This document shows positions 46,268 to 55,974 of a stretch of DNA of 64,000 nucleotides, piece after piece. The stretch is from Candidatus Binatia bacterium. GTDB lineage: Bacteria; Desulfobacterota; Binatia; Bin18. The DNA is taken from the NCBI GenBank assembly GCA_963666315.2, contig CAXXHG010000032.1, positions 32,001-96,000 on the forward strand. The letters are read 5' to 3'. Position 1 is the first letter of the stretch; each line of letters opens with the position of its first letter. The notes beneath the pieces are model-generated. The model saw only the letters and a list, made by a program, of their open reading frames with translations. It did not search any database and was not told the origin of the DNA. The translations under genes were made by a program, and so were the position numbers.

Positions 46268-46333
46268 GGGTGCTCTCCTGTAGGGAAGGAATCCTCTAAC
46301 GCCTGGAGAATGGTGGGACTATACGGAAAATTC

Positions 46334-46362
46334 TTGACCAAGGGCTTCTCTCATATTACACT
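46334..46362 (+). promoter_or_regulatory. Sigma70-like promoter
   Basis: TTGACC-N17-TACACT. Confidence 0.55.
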
Positions 46363-46368
46363 AAGTCT

Positions 46369-46421
46369 TGTACACCCCGGTCACGCCTCTGCTTTGCACG
46401 CGTCCGGGGTACAGCTTTTTT
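46369..46421 (+). terminator. Hairpin plus T-run directly after the promoter (possible short RNA)
   Basis: tgta(ca)ccccgg...ccggggtaca followed by gctttttt. Confidence 0.55.
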
Positions 46422-46538
46422 AGGGCTGGAATTTTTCCCATCACCCCGCCGTACATACCCCGATTACCGTCGCTGTAAAGTCTCTTTGTACAGCTAACGT
46501 CGCCGGCACCCAAGCCGAGAGAACCCATCATTCCAAGC

Positions 46539-47699
46539 CTACAGAGTGAGCTGATAGAATCGCAGCGCGTTTTCGCCCAAGACTTTACGCTGATCTGCCA
46601 GTGGTAACGGTGCCAAGCGTTCTTTCATTTCTTTGGCCACCCCAAAAGAGGCATCAATGTGGGGATAATCCGATGCCCACACAAAATAATCGGCGCCCAT
46701 GTGAGCCACGATTTGGGCCGTCATGCTCTCATCCGGATCTGCCGACACAAGGCACTGCCGATAAAAGTATTCGCTTGGCTTGAATCTATTTGGCGACAGG
46801 TGCTGGGTGAATGCGCTCTTGTAATCCATCCGGTCCAGCCAGGCGGCTATCCAGGTGGCTCCAGCTTCAAGCACGACACATTTGAGACGCGGATACTTCT
46901 CAAACATGCCGAGAGTCAGCATCGAGGTAAAAGCCATCATGACATCAATGGAGAGAAACGTGTGGCCGAATAGTCCCAGCGGGCCTGGTCTGCCGTCCAA
47001 GCGGCGTGTCCACTCGTGAAACGTCGGCTGTTCACGCACGACGACATGAAAGGCAACCGGCATTTCCAGCTCTTGGACCGTTTCCCAGAAGCGGCTGAAG
47101 GCGGGATCGTCAAAGCGTTTGTCCTGGCGGGCGGCTAGATCCGGCGAGAGGTATACGCCGATACAGCCCGCCTTGCGAGCCTGTAGCGTTTCTTCTACTG
47201 CGCCGTCAGGGTCCAGCAATGAGATATGCGCAATCGGATACAGCCGCTTGGGGTTCTCTTGACAGAAGTCCACAATCCAGCGGTTGTACGCCCGCGCGTA
47301 AGCGCTGGCCAGTTGGGGGTCCTGGACCGAGCCTTCCCAAAAGATGCCGAGCGTGGGGTAGAGGAACACCATGTCGATGCCTTCCTCGTCCATGACTGTG
47401 AGTCGGGCTTTCGGGTCGTAACCGCCGGGCGGGCAGCCTTCCGCATAAGTCACCGCTCCGCGCGTATGGAGGCGCTTTGGGTCCATGCCGATCCCGCCGA
47501 TTGCGCCGAGATTCCCGCGCATCGAGGTGTTTTGGTAAGGCTTATTATCAATGATGAGATTCTCATGGCCTCTCTCATCGCACGCAATCCGCAGGGCACG
47601 CTCACGATACTGCGGATCAATATAAGTGGTATACATGTCGGCGGGCTCCAGGACGTGGCCATCCGCGTCGACCACTGGGCTGGGTTGGGTATTGGTCAT
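46539..47699 (-). CDS. Amidohydrolase-2 family protein
   Basis: DADGHVLEP, MDEEGID, RAYNRW, FHV, LEAG, WASDYPH, LGENA. Confidence 0.92.
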   Translation of the reverse strand: MTNTQPSPVVDADGHVLEPADMYTTYIDPQYRERALRIACDERGHENLIIDNKPYQNTSMRGNLGAIGGIGMDPKRLHTRGAVTYAEGCPPGGYDPKARLTVMDEEGIDMVFLYPTLGIFWEGSVQDPQLASAYARAYNRWIVDFCQENPKRLYPIAHISLLDPDGAVEETLQARKAGCIGVYLSPDLAARQDKRFDDPAFSRFWETVQELEMPVAFHVVVREQPTFHEWTRRLDGRPGPLGLFGHTFLSIDVMMAFTSMLTLGMFEKYPRLKCVVLEAGATWIAAWLDRMDYKSAFTQHLSPNRFKPSEYFYRQCLVSADPDESMTAQIVAHMGADYFVWASDYPHIDASFGVAKEMKERLAPLPLADQRKVLGENALRFYQLTL

Positions 47700-47921
47700 A
47701 GCATCCTCCTGTGTGTTCCTCGCCCCTGGCGAAGCGTTATCACCCCTGGCAAGGATTGGGGGAGCGGGGAAAGGGATATGTCTGGGCTGAGTCGGCTGAG
47801 TTGGCGCGCAGCCGAGATTCTTTCTTGATTTTTTGGTATGGCCATTGTGTCCAACTTGGCGCAGATGCGCAAGCTTCCTGCATTAAGGAGCTCGGGGGAG
47901 CTGGCAGCATAAGGAGGAGTC

Positions 47922-48374
47922 ATGACGAAGGAAGAGTTTTTTCGCGAGGCTGATACGACGACCAGGGGTCTTTTGGACGGGATGCTGGTGCTGGAGGCGT
48001 GTACGACCTATGCGGGACCCGTTGCCGCGGCCGAGCTTGCGGACCTGGGTGCCGAAGTGGGGGCCGCTTTCGCACAAAGTCGGCTACGATGTCGATGCGC
48101 AGGCCATGGGTGGGCTGATGTCGATTACCGGCCTCGCAGACGGGCTGCCGCTCAAAACGGGCAATGCGACTGCGGACCGGACAGGGACAGCATGTGGAGA
48201 TTGTGGCGGTGGGCAGCATTACGCACTACGGTGTTGCCCCCCAAGTTCGCCCGTACGCCCACGCGGATTCGTATTCCAGCGCCGCCGCTGGGACAGGACA
48301 ATGCTGAGGTGTACGGGAGCTTAGGGTGTAAGCAAGAGGCGTTGGAAGAGTGGCGACAGGAGGGGGTCATTTAG
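47922..48374 (+). pseudogene. CaiB/BaiF CoA-transferase III remnant with internal deletions
   Basis: AGPVAAAELADLGAEV; GYDVDAQAMGGLMSITG in another frame; APPLGQDN...EGVI. Confidence 0.8.
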
Positions 48375-48394
48375 AGTAGCGAGTGATTTGCCGT

Positions 48395-48421
48395 ATGTCC
48401 AATCTGGATAATTTTGGACAT
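48395..48421. promoter_or_regulatory. Inverted repeat, putative antitoxin operator
   Basis: atgtccaa-N11-ttggacat upstream of the ParD-like gene. Confidence 0.5.
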
Positions 48422-48457
48422 CTCATGATACTCTCAAGGTAATGGGAAGCGGGTATT

Positions 48458-48796
48458 ATGAACATTAATCTTGGGGATTTAGAAACCTACGTGCAGCAGA
48501 AAGTTGACAACGGCGGCTACAGTTCGACAGCGGAAGTGGTCCGCGAAGCGCTGCGTGGGATGCGTGAGCGGGAGGTCGAAGCACACGTCGTACAGCGGCT
48601 TGAGACGTATATCCTGAGAGGCATTGACCAGGGAGCACCCGATGGAATGAGTACTGAAGAATGGGATAAGCGACTCACGGCAACACGGGAGCGCATGCAC
48701 CATTTCATCATGCAAGGCGTGGAAGCTGCCGAACGCGGGGAACACATGACAGCTAAGGATAGTCGCGCGCGTCTTCAGAAACGACTCAAAGCATGA
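48458..48796 (+). CDS. ParD-like ribbon-helix-helix antitoxin
   Basis: MNINLG.LETYVQQKVDNGGYSSTAEVVREALR. Confidence 0.8.
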   Translation: MNINLGDLETYVQQKVDNGGYSSTAEVVREALRGMREREVEAHVVQRLETYILRGIDQGAPDGMSTEEWDKRLTATRERMHHFIMQGVEAAERGEHMTAKDSRARLQKRLKA

Positions 48797-48935
48797 GTGC
48801 GCCCGGGGGCTATGTTCTTACCCCGCAGGCTCAAGCTGACATTGAAGCTATCGTTGATTATCTACCGGGAGCGCGTACCGCTTGAGATTGTCCGGGTCTG
48901 GAGTGCGCGGAAGGAGCCACGGAGCATGGAAACCT
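48793..48935 (+). pseudogene. ParE/RelE toxin remnant with internal deletion
   Basis: YVLTPQAQADIEAIVDYL joined out of frame to EIVRVWSAR; ATGA overlap with the antitoxin. Confidence 0.65.
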
Positions 48936-49000
48936 AGTATGGTTAGTATGGGTGGAAGCGCCGGATCACCCACCGAACTAAAATCGGGGAGCGTTGATTG

Positions 49001-49015
49001 TTCCCAAATTGGGAA
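49001..49015. promoter_or_regulatory. Palindromic operator of higBA
   Basis: TTCCCAA-A-TTGGGAA directly after a TTGATT -35-like hexamer. Confidence 0.65.
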
Positions 49016-49032
49016 TCTTGCATGGTTGCGAG

Positions 49033-49335
49033 GCGCGCATTATTGCGAAGCGGACTTTGCGATTATTTTGGGAAGGAAATCCGCGCTATAGAGATGCCAA
49101 ACGGGCCCTGGAAGATTGGCATGCGCAGGTCGGTCGAGCTGACTGGGTCACTCCGGCTGAGATCAAAGCGGACTATGGCGATGCCAGCATCCTCAAGGGA
49201 AGCCGCGTGGTGTTTAATATCTGTGGGAATAAGTATCGCCTGGTGGTCCACGTCAACTATCCGTATCGGGTCGTGTATATTCGGTTCATCGGCACCCACA
49301 AGCAATACGATGCCATTGAGGTGGAGCGTGTATGA
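49033..49335 (+). CDS. higB: HigB-family toxin; expected start codon reads GCG
   Basis: RIIAKRTL..FW, RVVFNICGNKYRLVV, IRFIGTHKQYD. Confidence 0.85.
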   Translation, partial: ARIIAKRTLRLFWEGNPRYRDAKRALEDWHAQVGRADWVTPAEIKADYGDASILKGSRVVFNICGNKYRLVVHVNYPYRVVYIRFIGTHKQYDAIEVERV

Positions 49336-49742
49336 AAAACATCAAACCCATTCGGCCAATTCGAAATGAAGCAGATTACGATGCCGCGCTTGCAGATATC
49401 GAGCGTCTGATAGATGCGAAATTTGGTACGCGAGCAGGCGATAGACTGGATATTTTCGTGACGTTGGTTGAGGCGTATGAGGATAAACACTGGCAAATCG
49501 ATCCACCCGATCCTATCGAGGCGATCAAACTGCGCATGGCGCAGAGAGGGCTGACACGCCGGGACTTGGCGCACGTGTTGGGCAGCAAAAGCCGTGTCTC
49601 GGAGGTGCTCAGCCGAAAACGGCCCCTGACCCTTGCCATGATCCAACGCCTGCATAGGGAATGGGGCATTCCGGCTGAATCTCTCATTCGTCCTACGACA
49701 CGAGGTCCGCAACGTAAACGTCTTGCAACTCAAGCTGCCTAA
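49332..49742 (+). CDS. higA: HigA-family HTH antitoxin
   Basis: PIRNEADYDAAL, PDPIEAIKLRM, SRVSEVLSRKRPLTLAMI. Confidence 0.9.
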   Translation: MKNIKPIRPIRNEADYDAALADIERLIDAKFGTRAGDRLDIFVTLVEAYEDKHWQIDPPDPIEAIKLRMAQRGLTRRDLAHVLGSKSRVSEVLSRKRPLTLAMIQRLHREWGIPAESLIRPTTRGPQRKRLATQAA

Positions 49743-49763
49743 CGTGCCCTACGATGTAGTGTC

Positions 49764-49829
49764 GTAGGGTGGGTGGAAGCGTAGCGTCACCCGCCGAACA
49801 GAGGGTGGGTCTCAAAGGACCCACCCTAC
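49764..49829. repeat. GTAG-family REP doublet
   Basis: gtagggtgggtggaagcgtagcgtcacccgcc ... ggtgggtctcaaaggacccaccctac. Confidence 0.7.
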
Positions 49830-49833
49830 CTTG

Positions 49834-50775
49834 CTACTGTGTATAGTGCAGCTTCAGCCCCGGTCGTGGCCAGTCCATGGCCACCAGCTTGCCCATGCTG
49901 GTCGGCGTAATATAGGCCGTTTGTAGGTCCGGTCCGCCAAAACAAATATTTGTCGTGAGTTGGTCAGGGGTAGGGATGTCCTCTACTGACGCGCCGTCAG
50001 GAGAAATGACAGTAATACCACCATTCATGAGGGTTGCGACACATACATTGCCGGCACTATCCACCGCCATGGAATCGAGCAGCTGGTAGCCGGGGAGTCC
50101 AGTTAACAGCTGTCCGCCCCCCGGTCCGGTCAGCAGGTGTCCGTCGTCGCCGCCCGCATGCGCAAATTCTCCTGGCCCGGACAGCTCCCACTGCCACACC
50201 CGTCCCTCGAAAGTCTGGGCCACATAGAGTGTGGTATCACCCGACGCGAGCCCAATGCCGTTGGGTCCGTCAATGGGAAACACCATCTCTTTAATCAGCG
50301 AGCCATCCGGTTGGGCGTAATACACGCCGCAGCGGTCTTTCTGACTCGTCTGGACCTTGCCAAAGTCGGTGAACCAAAACCCACCCACTGCATCGAACAC
50401 AATATCATTCGGCCCGCGCAGCTGACGGCCATTGCACTCGGTATACAGCGTTTCGACTTTGCCACTTGTGATATCAACACGCTGAATACTGCCACCGGTA
50501 TAGCCATCCGGCAGGCCATCTCCCGGTGTGAGTTCCCCATCGACTTCGATCCATCTGATTCCGCCGTTATTACACACATACATCATGCCATCTGGTCCAA
50601 CTGCGGCCCCGTTCGCCCCGCCGCCCGTCTCTGCGACGACTTCTTTTGATCCATCCGGCTGCACGCGTACCAGCCTGCCGCCTTGGAGTTCAGTGACGAT
50701 GACACTGCCATCATCCATAGCTACGGGACCTTCGGGATATTTGAGGCCTGTCGTGATTTCTCGTATTTGTGTCAT
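49834..50775 (-). CDS. SMP-30/gluconolactonase/LRE-family protein
   Basis: YPEGP, GANG, GPNDIVFD, GPNGIGL, DSMAVD, TNICFGG. Confidence 0.92.
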   Translation of the reverse strand: MTQIREITTGLKYPEGPVAMDDGSVIVTELQGGRLVRVQPDGSKEVVAETGGGANGAAVGPDGMMYVCNNGGIRWIEVDGELTPGDGLPDGYTGGSIQRVDITSGKVETLYTECNGRQLRGPNDIVFDAVGGFWFTDFGKVQTSQKDRCGVYYAQPDGSLIKEMVFPIDGPNGIGLASGDTTLYVAQTFEGRVWQWELSGPGEFAHAGGDDGHLLTGPGGGQLLTGLPGYQLLDSMAVDSAGNVCVATLMNGGITVISPDGASVEDIPTPDQLTTNICFGGPDLQTAYITPTSMGKLVAMDWPRPGLKLHYTQ

Positions 50776-52070
50776 TGTCGGTTCCCCACTTTTTGCACCA
50801 GGTCTATGCCGAACTGCTCGGCAGCATTCCCGCCCAGCATGCGGGCTGTACTCGTGTCGTCAACGTCGGCTTGGCTCAGGGTTTCAATGGCATCCCAGGC
50901 ACTGGTCGTATCTTGCTGCGGATAGCGTGAGCCCCAGACGACCTTATGGGCGAAGGTGTGCGGCAGTTTCCGGATCAATCGCTCCTCGGCATCGAAGCAG
51001 AGCAGCACGCGACCTTCCTCCCACATTTCTACCACATCGGTCCGCACCGGATAGTAGTGAACCGGAGGAATCGTCAGGGTGGACGCTTCCATCTTCTCCA
51101 GCACCTCTTCCATCCATGAAGCCTGGCCACCGGCCATTACCACCTTCAGGTTTGGATAGCGCTGCATGACCGTAAAACCGATCAAGGTTGCGGCCACGAA
51201 CATGTGATTATCCAGCCACGGGGACAGGATCGGAGCGACCGGATGCCCGATCGGTTGCAGGGCCGAAAACGTAAAATTCGCTCCAGTGCCCCCGCCCGCA
51301 AACGGGCCGCCGCCGGCTTCTCTGAGTAACGTGCGTTGATTCAGCCGTCGGTTGACTTTCTCAATAAATGGCGCGTGAGACGTCCACTCCGGGTTCCATA
51401 AGCCGGTTGCGGGATGGACGGCGAGCGTAAGATTGAGCCGTTCAACCTCGGCCCAGAATGGATCGTAGTAGGGCTGGGTATAGTAGCGACCCTCAATGAA
51501 CATGGGTCGCAGGAAAACGCCTCGAAAGCAGGGGATGGTGGCTATCCGCTGCAGCTCGGCCAGAGCATAATCCATGTTTTGCAAAGGAATCATGGCGGCG
51601 GCATACAAGCGGTCGGGCGCGGCTAGGCAGAAGTCGGCTATCCAGTTGTTATACGCCCGAGCCAGCGCGTAGGCGCTGTCCGGGTCTTTGACCAAAGGGA
51701 ATCCCTCGGCAAACCAGGTCGGGTAGAGCAAGGTCTGATCCACACCCATGGCGTCCATGTCCCGCAGCCGGGCGTGTGGGTCAGACGCCCCCTTAGTCAT
51801 GGCATGTCGGGTATCCGGGTCAAGCTCGCCGATCTGGTCACAGGTCATGCCCGGTTGCCAGATGGCATAGCGCGGGATATTGGGATTCACCTGATCGCGG
51901 TATGTCTCGCCATTGATCTTGAGGTAGGAGGCGTACCGGCCTTCCTCACGCCATAAGGAAAATTTTCCCAGCGTACGGTTTTCCGGCTCCAAATATTTCT
52001 CCCAGATCTCGGGCGACTCGACAATATGTGAGTTGGCATCAAAGACGGCAAAGCGCTTCTGGCCTGTCAT
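50772..52070 (-). CDS. Amidohydrolase-2 family protein with atypical metal motifs
   Basis: DANSHIVE, MDAMGVD, RAYNNW, WGSRYPQQD, LGGNA; ATGA overlaps on both sides. Confidence 0.85.
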   Translation of the reverse strand: MTGQKRFAVFDANSHIVESPEIWEKYLEPENRTLGKFSLWREEGRYASYLKINGETYRDQVNPNIPRYAIWQPGMTCDQIGELDPDTRHAMTKGASDPHARLRDMDAMGVDQTLLYPTWFAEGFPLVKDPDSAYALARAYNNWIADFCLAAPDRLYAAAMIPLQNMDYALAELQRIATIPCFRGVFLRPMFIEGRYYTQPYYDPFWAEVERLNLTLAVHPATGLWNPEWTSHAPFIEKVNRRLNQRTLLREAGGGPFAGGGTGANFTFSALQPIGHPVAPILSPWLDNHMFVAATLIGFTVMQRYPNLKVVMAGGQASWMEEVLEKMEASTLTIPPVHYYPVRTDVVEMWEEGRVLLCFDAEERLIRKLPHTFAHKVVWGSRYPQQDTTSAWDAIETLSQADVDDTSTARMLGGNAAEQFGIDLVQKVGNRQ

Positions 52071-53554
52071 ACTCGGGCTCCTTCATGCCCGTGACCCTTG
52101 GTCCGGCTACGGCCATTGGCCCGGCCGTATCTATTTGGACCATGAGCTGGTCGTCCCCGTTCACGATACGGCCGGAGCAGGGCGGCTTCGGGCTTGAGCG
52201 CTCGTTCGATTTCTTCTGCTGTGGGCCACCAATCCGGCCGCTCAATTTCGGTCACCCGCTCCCGGATGAACGTTTTCGGGGTCTTGATATGATAGAGTTT
52301 GCGTGCGTTTTCTCCCAGGAATTTTCTCTGGTAGGACTCCGCTAGATCACATGTGCGCATCGTCTCAAGCGCCCGCCAGACATCGTCGCCGTCATGGTGA
52401 TACACATCCGACGACCAGGCTAAGATGTCTTGGTAAAACTCGGGCAAGCGTGAGGGTGGAGCCTCATCGCCTTCAAACCCGGTGACACAATGCTCGAAAA
52501 AGGTCTCGCTGGGCAGGCGCTTGAGCGGCGGCAACGCGCGCTCATTGCGGTACAGCTTGTAGAATTTATCACATCGGTCGAGCAGGAAGCTCAGCCAGGT
52601 CGAAGAGGCTTCAAACACCGCAGCATTGAGTTTGGGGTGACGTTCAAAGAAGCCGGATAGCAACACCATCGTCACCCACAGCGAGGCTTCGGCTTGAAAG
52701 CTTTGCACATTGGGCAGAAAAGAGTGCGGCAAGCCTGAGCTGATAATGGTCCGAGCGATCAGCTCGGCTCCCGAATACTGCTCGGAATAGCCCGCAGGTT
52801 TGAGCGAACCAAAGGCCGGGAAGGGATGCATGCCGTGCACCATGCCGGTCTCTTCCATGGCCCGCCACACCCGTTCGTACTTGGGCTGGAGTGGGTAGTT
52901 GCCCATAGCGTCAACGGGCCGGACCAAGCCCACCCGACAGCCCTTGTCCGCTACCCGACGCACCTCTTGGGCCGCATAGAGTGGATCCTGCATGGGCAAC
53001 ATGGCGGCAAAGAAGAGCCGCTCGGGGTCTTCCTGGCAGTATTCATACGCCCATTCGTTATAGGCTTTGCACATGGCCTTGGCGCCGAGCGCGTTCTGCA
53101 GCCACGGATAGGTATCGATGTCGGTCGGGATGATCATCACCTGATCTATCCCCTGGACATCCATATCCTGCAGGCGCTCTTTGGGTTTGTAGGAACCTTT
53201 GTGGTCAAGATAATCGGCCTGTTCTGCTGTCACGGCGGTCTTGGGATTCAGGTTGCGGACGTATAAGGCGCGTTGGATCTCATGTTTGAGCCCAGGCCCG
53301 GCCAGGGAGATGGCATTGAGATTGCGGCGCGATCCGCCAATTCGCTGCGAGCCGATTCCTGCTCCTGCTATGCCATTCACGGTCAGCTGCTTGGTCTCGG
53401 CATCGAACCACATGGTGGTCTTGAGGGCTTCCAGCTCGTCCTTGCTCAGCCAGTCTTTGGCCCGCTCCCAGATCCAGGGTGGCTCCGTGACGTGGGCATC
53501 GCAGTCAAAGGTTGGGAAGTCCTTCGTCATCGGCGCAAACTTTTGAATCGGCAC
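52067..53554 (-). CDS. Amidohydrolase-2 family protein
   Basis: DCDAHVTEP, MDVQGID, KAYNEW, MHPFP, WSSDVYHHD, LGENA; GGAGG RBS before GTG. Confidence 0.88.
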   Translation of the reverse strand: MPIQKFAPMTKDFPTFDCDAHVTEPPWIWERAKDWLSKDELEALKTTMWFDAETKQLTVNGIAGAGIGSQRIGGSRRNLNAISLAGPGLKHEIQRALYVRNLNPKTAVTAEQADYLDHKGSYKPKERLQDMDVQGIDQVMIIPTDIDTYPWLQNALGAKAMCKAYNEWAYEYCQEDPERLFFAAMLPMQDPLYAAQEVRRVADKGCRVGLVRPVDAMGNYPLQPKYERVWRAMEETGMVHGMHPFPAFGSLKPAGYSEQYSGAELIARTIISSGLPHSFLPNVQSFQAEASLWVTMVLLSGFFERHPKLNAAVFEASSTWLSFLLDRCDKFYKLYRNERALPPLKRLPSETFFEHCVTGFEGDEAPPSRLPEFYQDILAWSSDVYHHDGDDVWRALETMRTCDLAESYQRKFLGENARKLYHIKTPKTFIRERVTEIERPDWWPTAEEIERALKPEAALLRPYRERGRPAHGPNRYGRANGRSRTKGHGHEGARV

Positions 53555-53782
53555 GCACTACCTCCTTCGTGCACAGCTCCATCCTACAGAGTTTGGGCTG
53601 CTGGCTGGTACTGTATCACTCTCGCGTCACCTTGCGACCCCAGACCTTAACCTTTTGAAGGAGGAAATCCGTATGAAAATGTAAGTGGTAAAAGTTCGAG
53701 ACCTCAGGGCGCCAGCGAATATGCACGTGCACCCGAGCCCTTTCGCGGCAAGCTCATCGAGAAACGCGAGAACTCATAGGAT

Positions 53783-54140
53783 CTACTGCTGGAGCGCGTC
53801 GAACAGCGCCGTAGCCTCTTGCAAGTCTGGAGTGTCAAAGCCTTCGGTGAACCAATCGTAAATGGGAGCGAGGAGTTCTCGCGCTTCAGCCGTCTCCCCC
53901 TTTGAACTCTGAACCTTGAACTTTGAACTTTTGTAAGTTGAGTTCCCCCTTAATCCGCCACGTTTCCGCCTCGTAAAAGCACTCCCCGCTCCGATCGACC
54001 TGGGTGAGCGCCTCCTCGATCAATTGCAAAGCCTGGGCATAGTCCCCAGTGCGGCCTACGGCCTCGGCCAGCAGGGTCAGCCAGTGTGCGCGGTGGACCA
54101 GCGCGCCCATCTTCTGCAGGGCGGCCATGCCGCTGCGGCA
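53783..54140 (-). pseudogene. C-terminal remnant of a second cyclase-AAA-TPR gene
   Basis: [13 protein letters not shown] and [20 protein letters not shown]; paralogous to 685-1000. Confidence 0.75.
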
Positions 54141-54623
54141 TCATTTCTCAAAGACGGCCACACCTTTGCGCAAGAGGTGGAAGAGCTCTCTAATTTCTTC
54201 CTGCGGCATCTGACTTAGAAAAGGTGCAATAAACTTCTTGCCCGCTTCTTCCATCGTATGCAGAAAGCGTTCGCCTTTTGGGGTGAGGATGACTTGCTTC
54301 TCGCGGCCTGAGTCGGGGTCTTCAACCAGACGGACGAGTTTCAGCGGTGCGCTTGCCATATCGCGCAGCGCCCGGGTAATGGTCGAGCCACTCGTCTCAA
54401 ACCAGGAGGCGATCAAGCGCTCAATATCTTTACGCCGCATATGCCCCTCAGTATCGCGCTCTGAACGCATAAGCCATAAGATCGCCACTTGTTTACGCGA
54501 TAACTGACCACAGCGCAGGGCATCTTCGAGGGCCATCCCGATCTTGTAGTGGATGGGTAAGAAAAGCTCGGTTGCCTCAGCATCAAAATCGTTCTGCGCG
54601 TTCACTGGAGTGGTTTGTGGCAT
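54141..54623 (-). CDS. MarR-like winged-helix regulator
   Basis: LSRKQVAILWL, STITRALRDM, DPDSGREKQVILTPKGE; divergent from the P450. Confidence 0.75.
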   Translation of the reverse strand: MPQTTPVNAQNDFDAEATELFLPIHYKIGMALEDALRCGQLSRKQVAILWLMRSERDTEGHMRRKDIERLIASWFETSGSTITRALRDMASAPLKLVRLVEDPDSGREKQVILTPKGERFLHTMEEAGKKFIAPFLSQMPQEEIRELFHLLRKGVAVFEK

Positions 54624-54795
54624 GACAGATATTCCTGACTTTTCTTCACTCTCTCTTACTTGTGCCTCAGTCGCATATCTAAAGGGATTCCCGTTCCGGC
54701 GCAATGTATTGACATATTCGAATTGTTGCATTATGAAAATATCTCTCTAGGCAACATATAGGCAAAGCAAATACAGCAGACATCAAGGCGGCATC

Positions 54796-55974
54796 ATGGA
54801 ATTCAATCCACTTTTACCGGAAGTAAAGGAAAACCCCTATCCCTATTACGCCCACCTGCGTGAAGACGCCCCGGCCTACCACATTGAAGGGCTCGGCTTC
54901 TGGGCTCTGAGTCGTTACGATGACGTCGATTTTGTACTCAAAAATCCGAGTCTTTTCTCTTCATCCGCTTTGCTCGCCACGCTGATCGGCGATCTGGATC
55001 CTGTTCCGGAGGCACCCTCGCTGGTTTCATGCGATCCACCGGATCACAATCGTTTGCGAAAATTAGTTAATAAAGCCTTTACGCCAAGTATTATCAGGAG
55101 TCTCGGACCTCGTATTCGCGAGGTGACCCAAGATCTGGTGAGTCAGATCGCAGGACAATCAGAGTTCGACCTGGTGCACGACCTCTCCAGTCCTCTCCCG
55201 GTCATTGTCATTGCAGAAATGCTTGGGGTCGAACCCGAAGACCGGGCCGCCTTTAAGCGTTGGTCGGACGACATTGTTCTCGCCACCAACCGCCAGTATA
55301 CCGCAGAAGATGAACAACGGATTCGGGCCAGCATTGCCGAGTTCCGCGCCTATTTTCAAGAGACGATCGCCGCACGCCGCAAGGACCCGCGAGAAGACCT
55401 GACAACGGCGCTCGTTCAGGCGGAAGAGGAAGCGCAAAAACTCAACGAGTGGGAGGTGCTCAGTCTTCTGACCTTACTCCTGATTGCAGGCAACGAGACG
55501 ACGACCAACCTGATCGGCAATATGATGCTGGCCTTATGCGCGCATCCGGACCAGATGAAACAGTTGCGGGCTGACCTGTCCCTTATTCCAAATGCGATAG
55601 AAGAAACCTTACGGTACGATGGGCCGGTTCAAGGAATTCCACGACAACTCACCCAAGACGTAGAGATTGCTGAGACGACTTTGCCGACCGGGACGCTCGT
55701 CTTCCCTCTTATCGGTTCCGGAAATCGGGATGAAAGAAAGTTTGTTGACCCCGAGCGGTTTGACATCAGTCGTAAGACAGACGGTCATTTGGCCTTTGGC
55801 TATGGTATTCACTATTGCCTGGGTGCGCAGTTAGCGCGACTCGAAACCCAGATAGCCTTTGAGGAGCTGTTTGCTCAGTTTTCTTCGTTTTCGCGCATGG
55901 ATGAGACTGTGGTCAGGGTAGACTCTCTCATAGTCCGAGGGCCGAAGACCTTGCCGCTTGTCGTTCATGGGTGA
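54796..55974 (+). CDS. Cytochrome P450
   Basis: DPPDHNRLR, AGNETT, EETLRY, HLAFGYGIHYCLG. Confidence 0.96.
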   Translation: MEFNPLLPEVKENPYPYYAHLREDAPAYHIEGLGFWALSRYDDVDFVLKNPSLFSSSALLATLIGDLDPVPEAPSLVSCDPPDHNRLRKLVNKAFTPSIIRSLGPRIREVTQDLVSQIAGQSEFDLVHDLSSPLPVIVIAEMLGVEPEDRAAFKRWSDDIVLATNRQYTAEDEQRIRASIAEFRAYFQETIAARRKDPREDLTTALVQAEEEAQKLNEWEVLSLLTLLLIAGNETTTNLIGNMMLALCAHPDQMKQLRADLSLIPNAIEETLRYDGPVQGIPRQLTQDVEIAETTLPTGTLVFPLIGSGNRDERKFVDPERFDISRKTDGHLAFGYGIHYCLGAQLARLETQIAFEELFAQFSSFSRMDETVVRVDSLIVRGPKTLPLVVHG

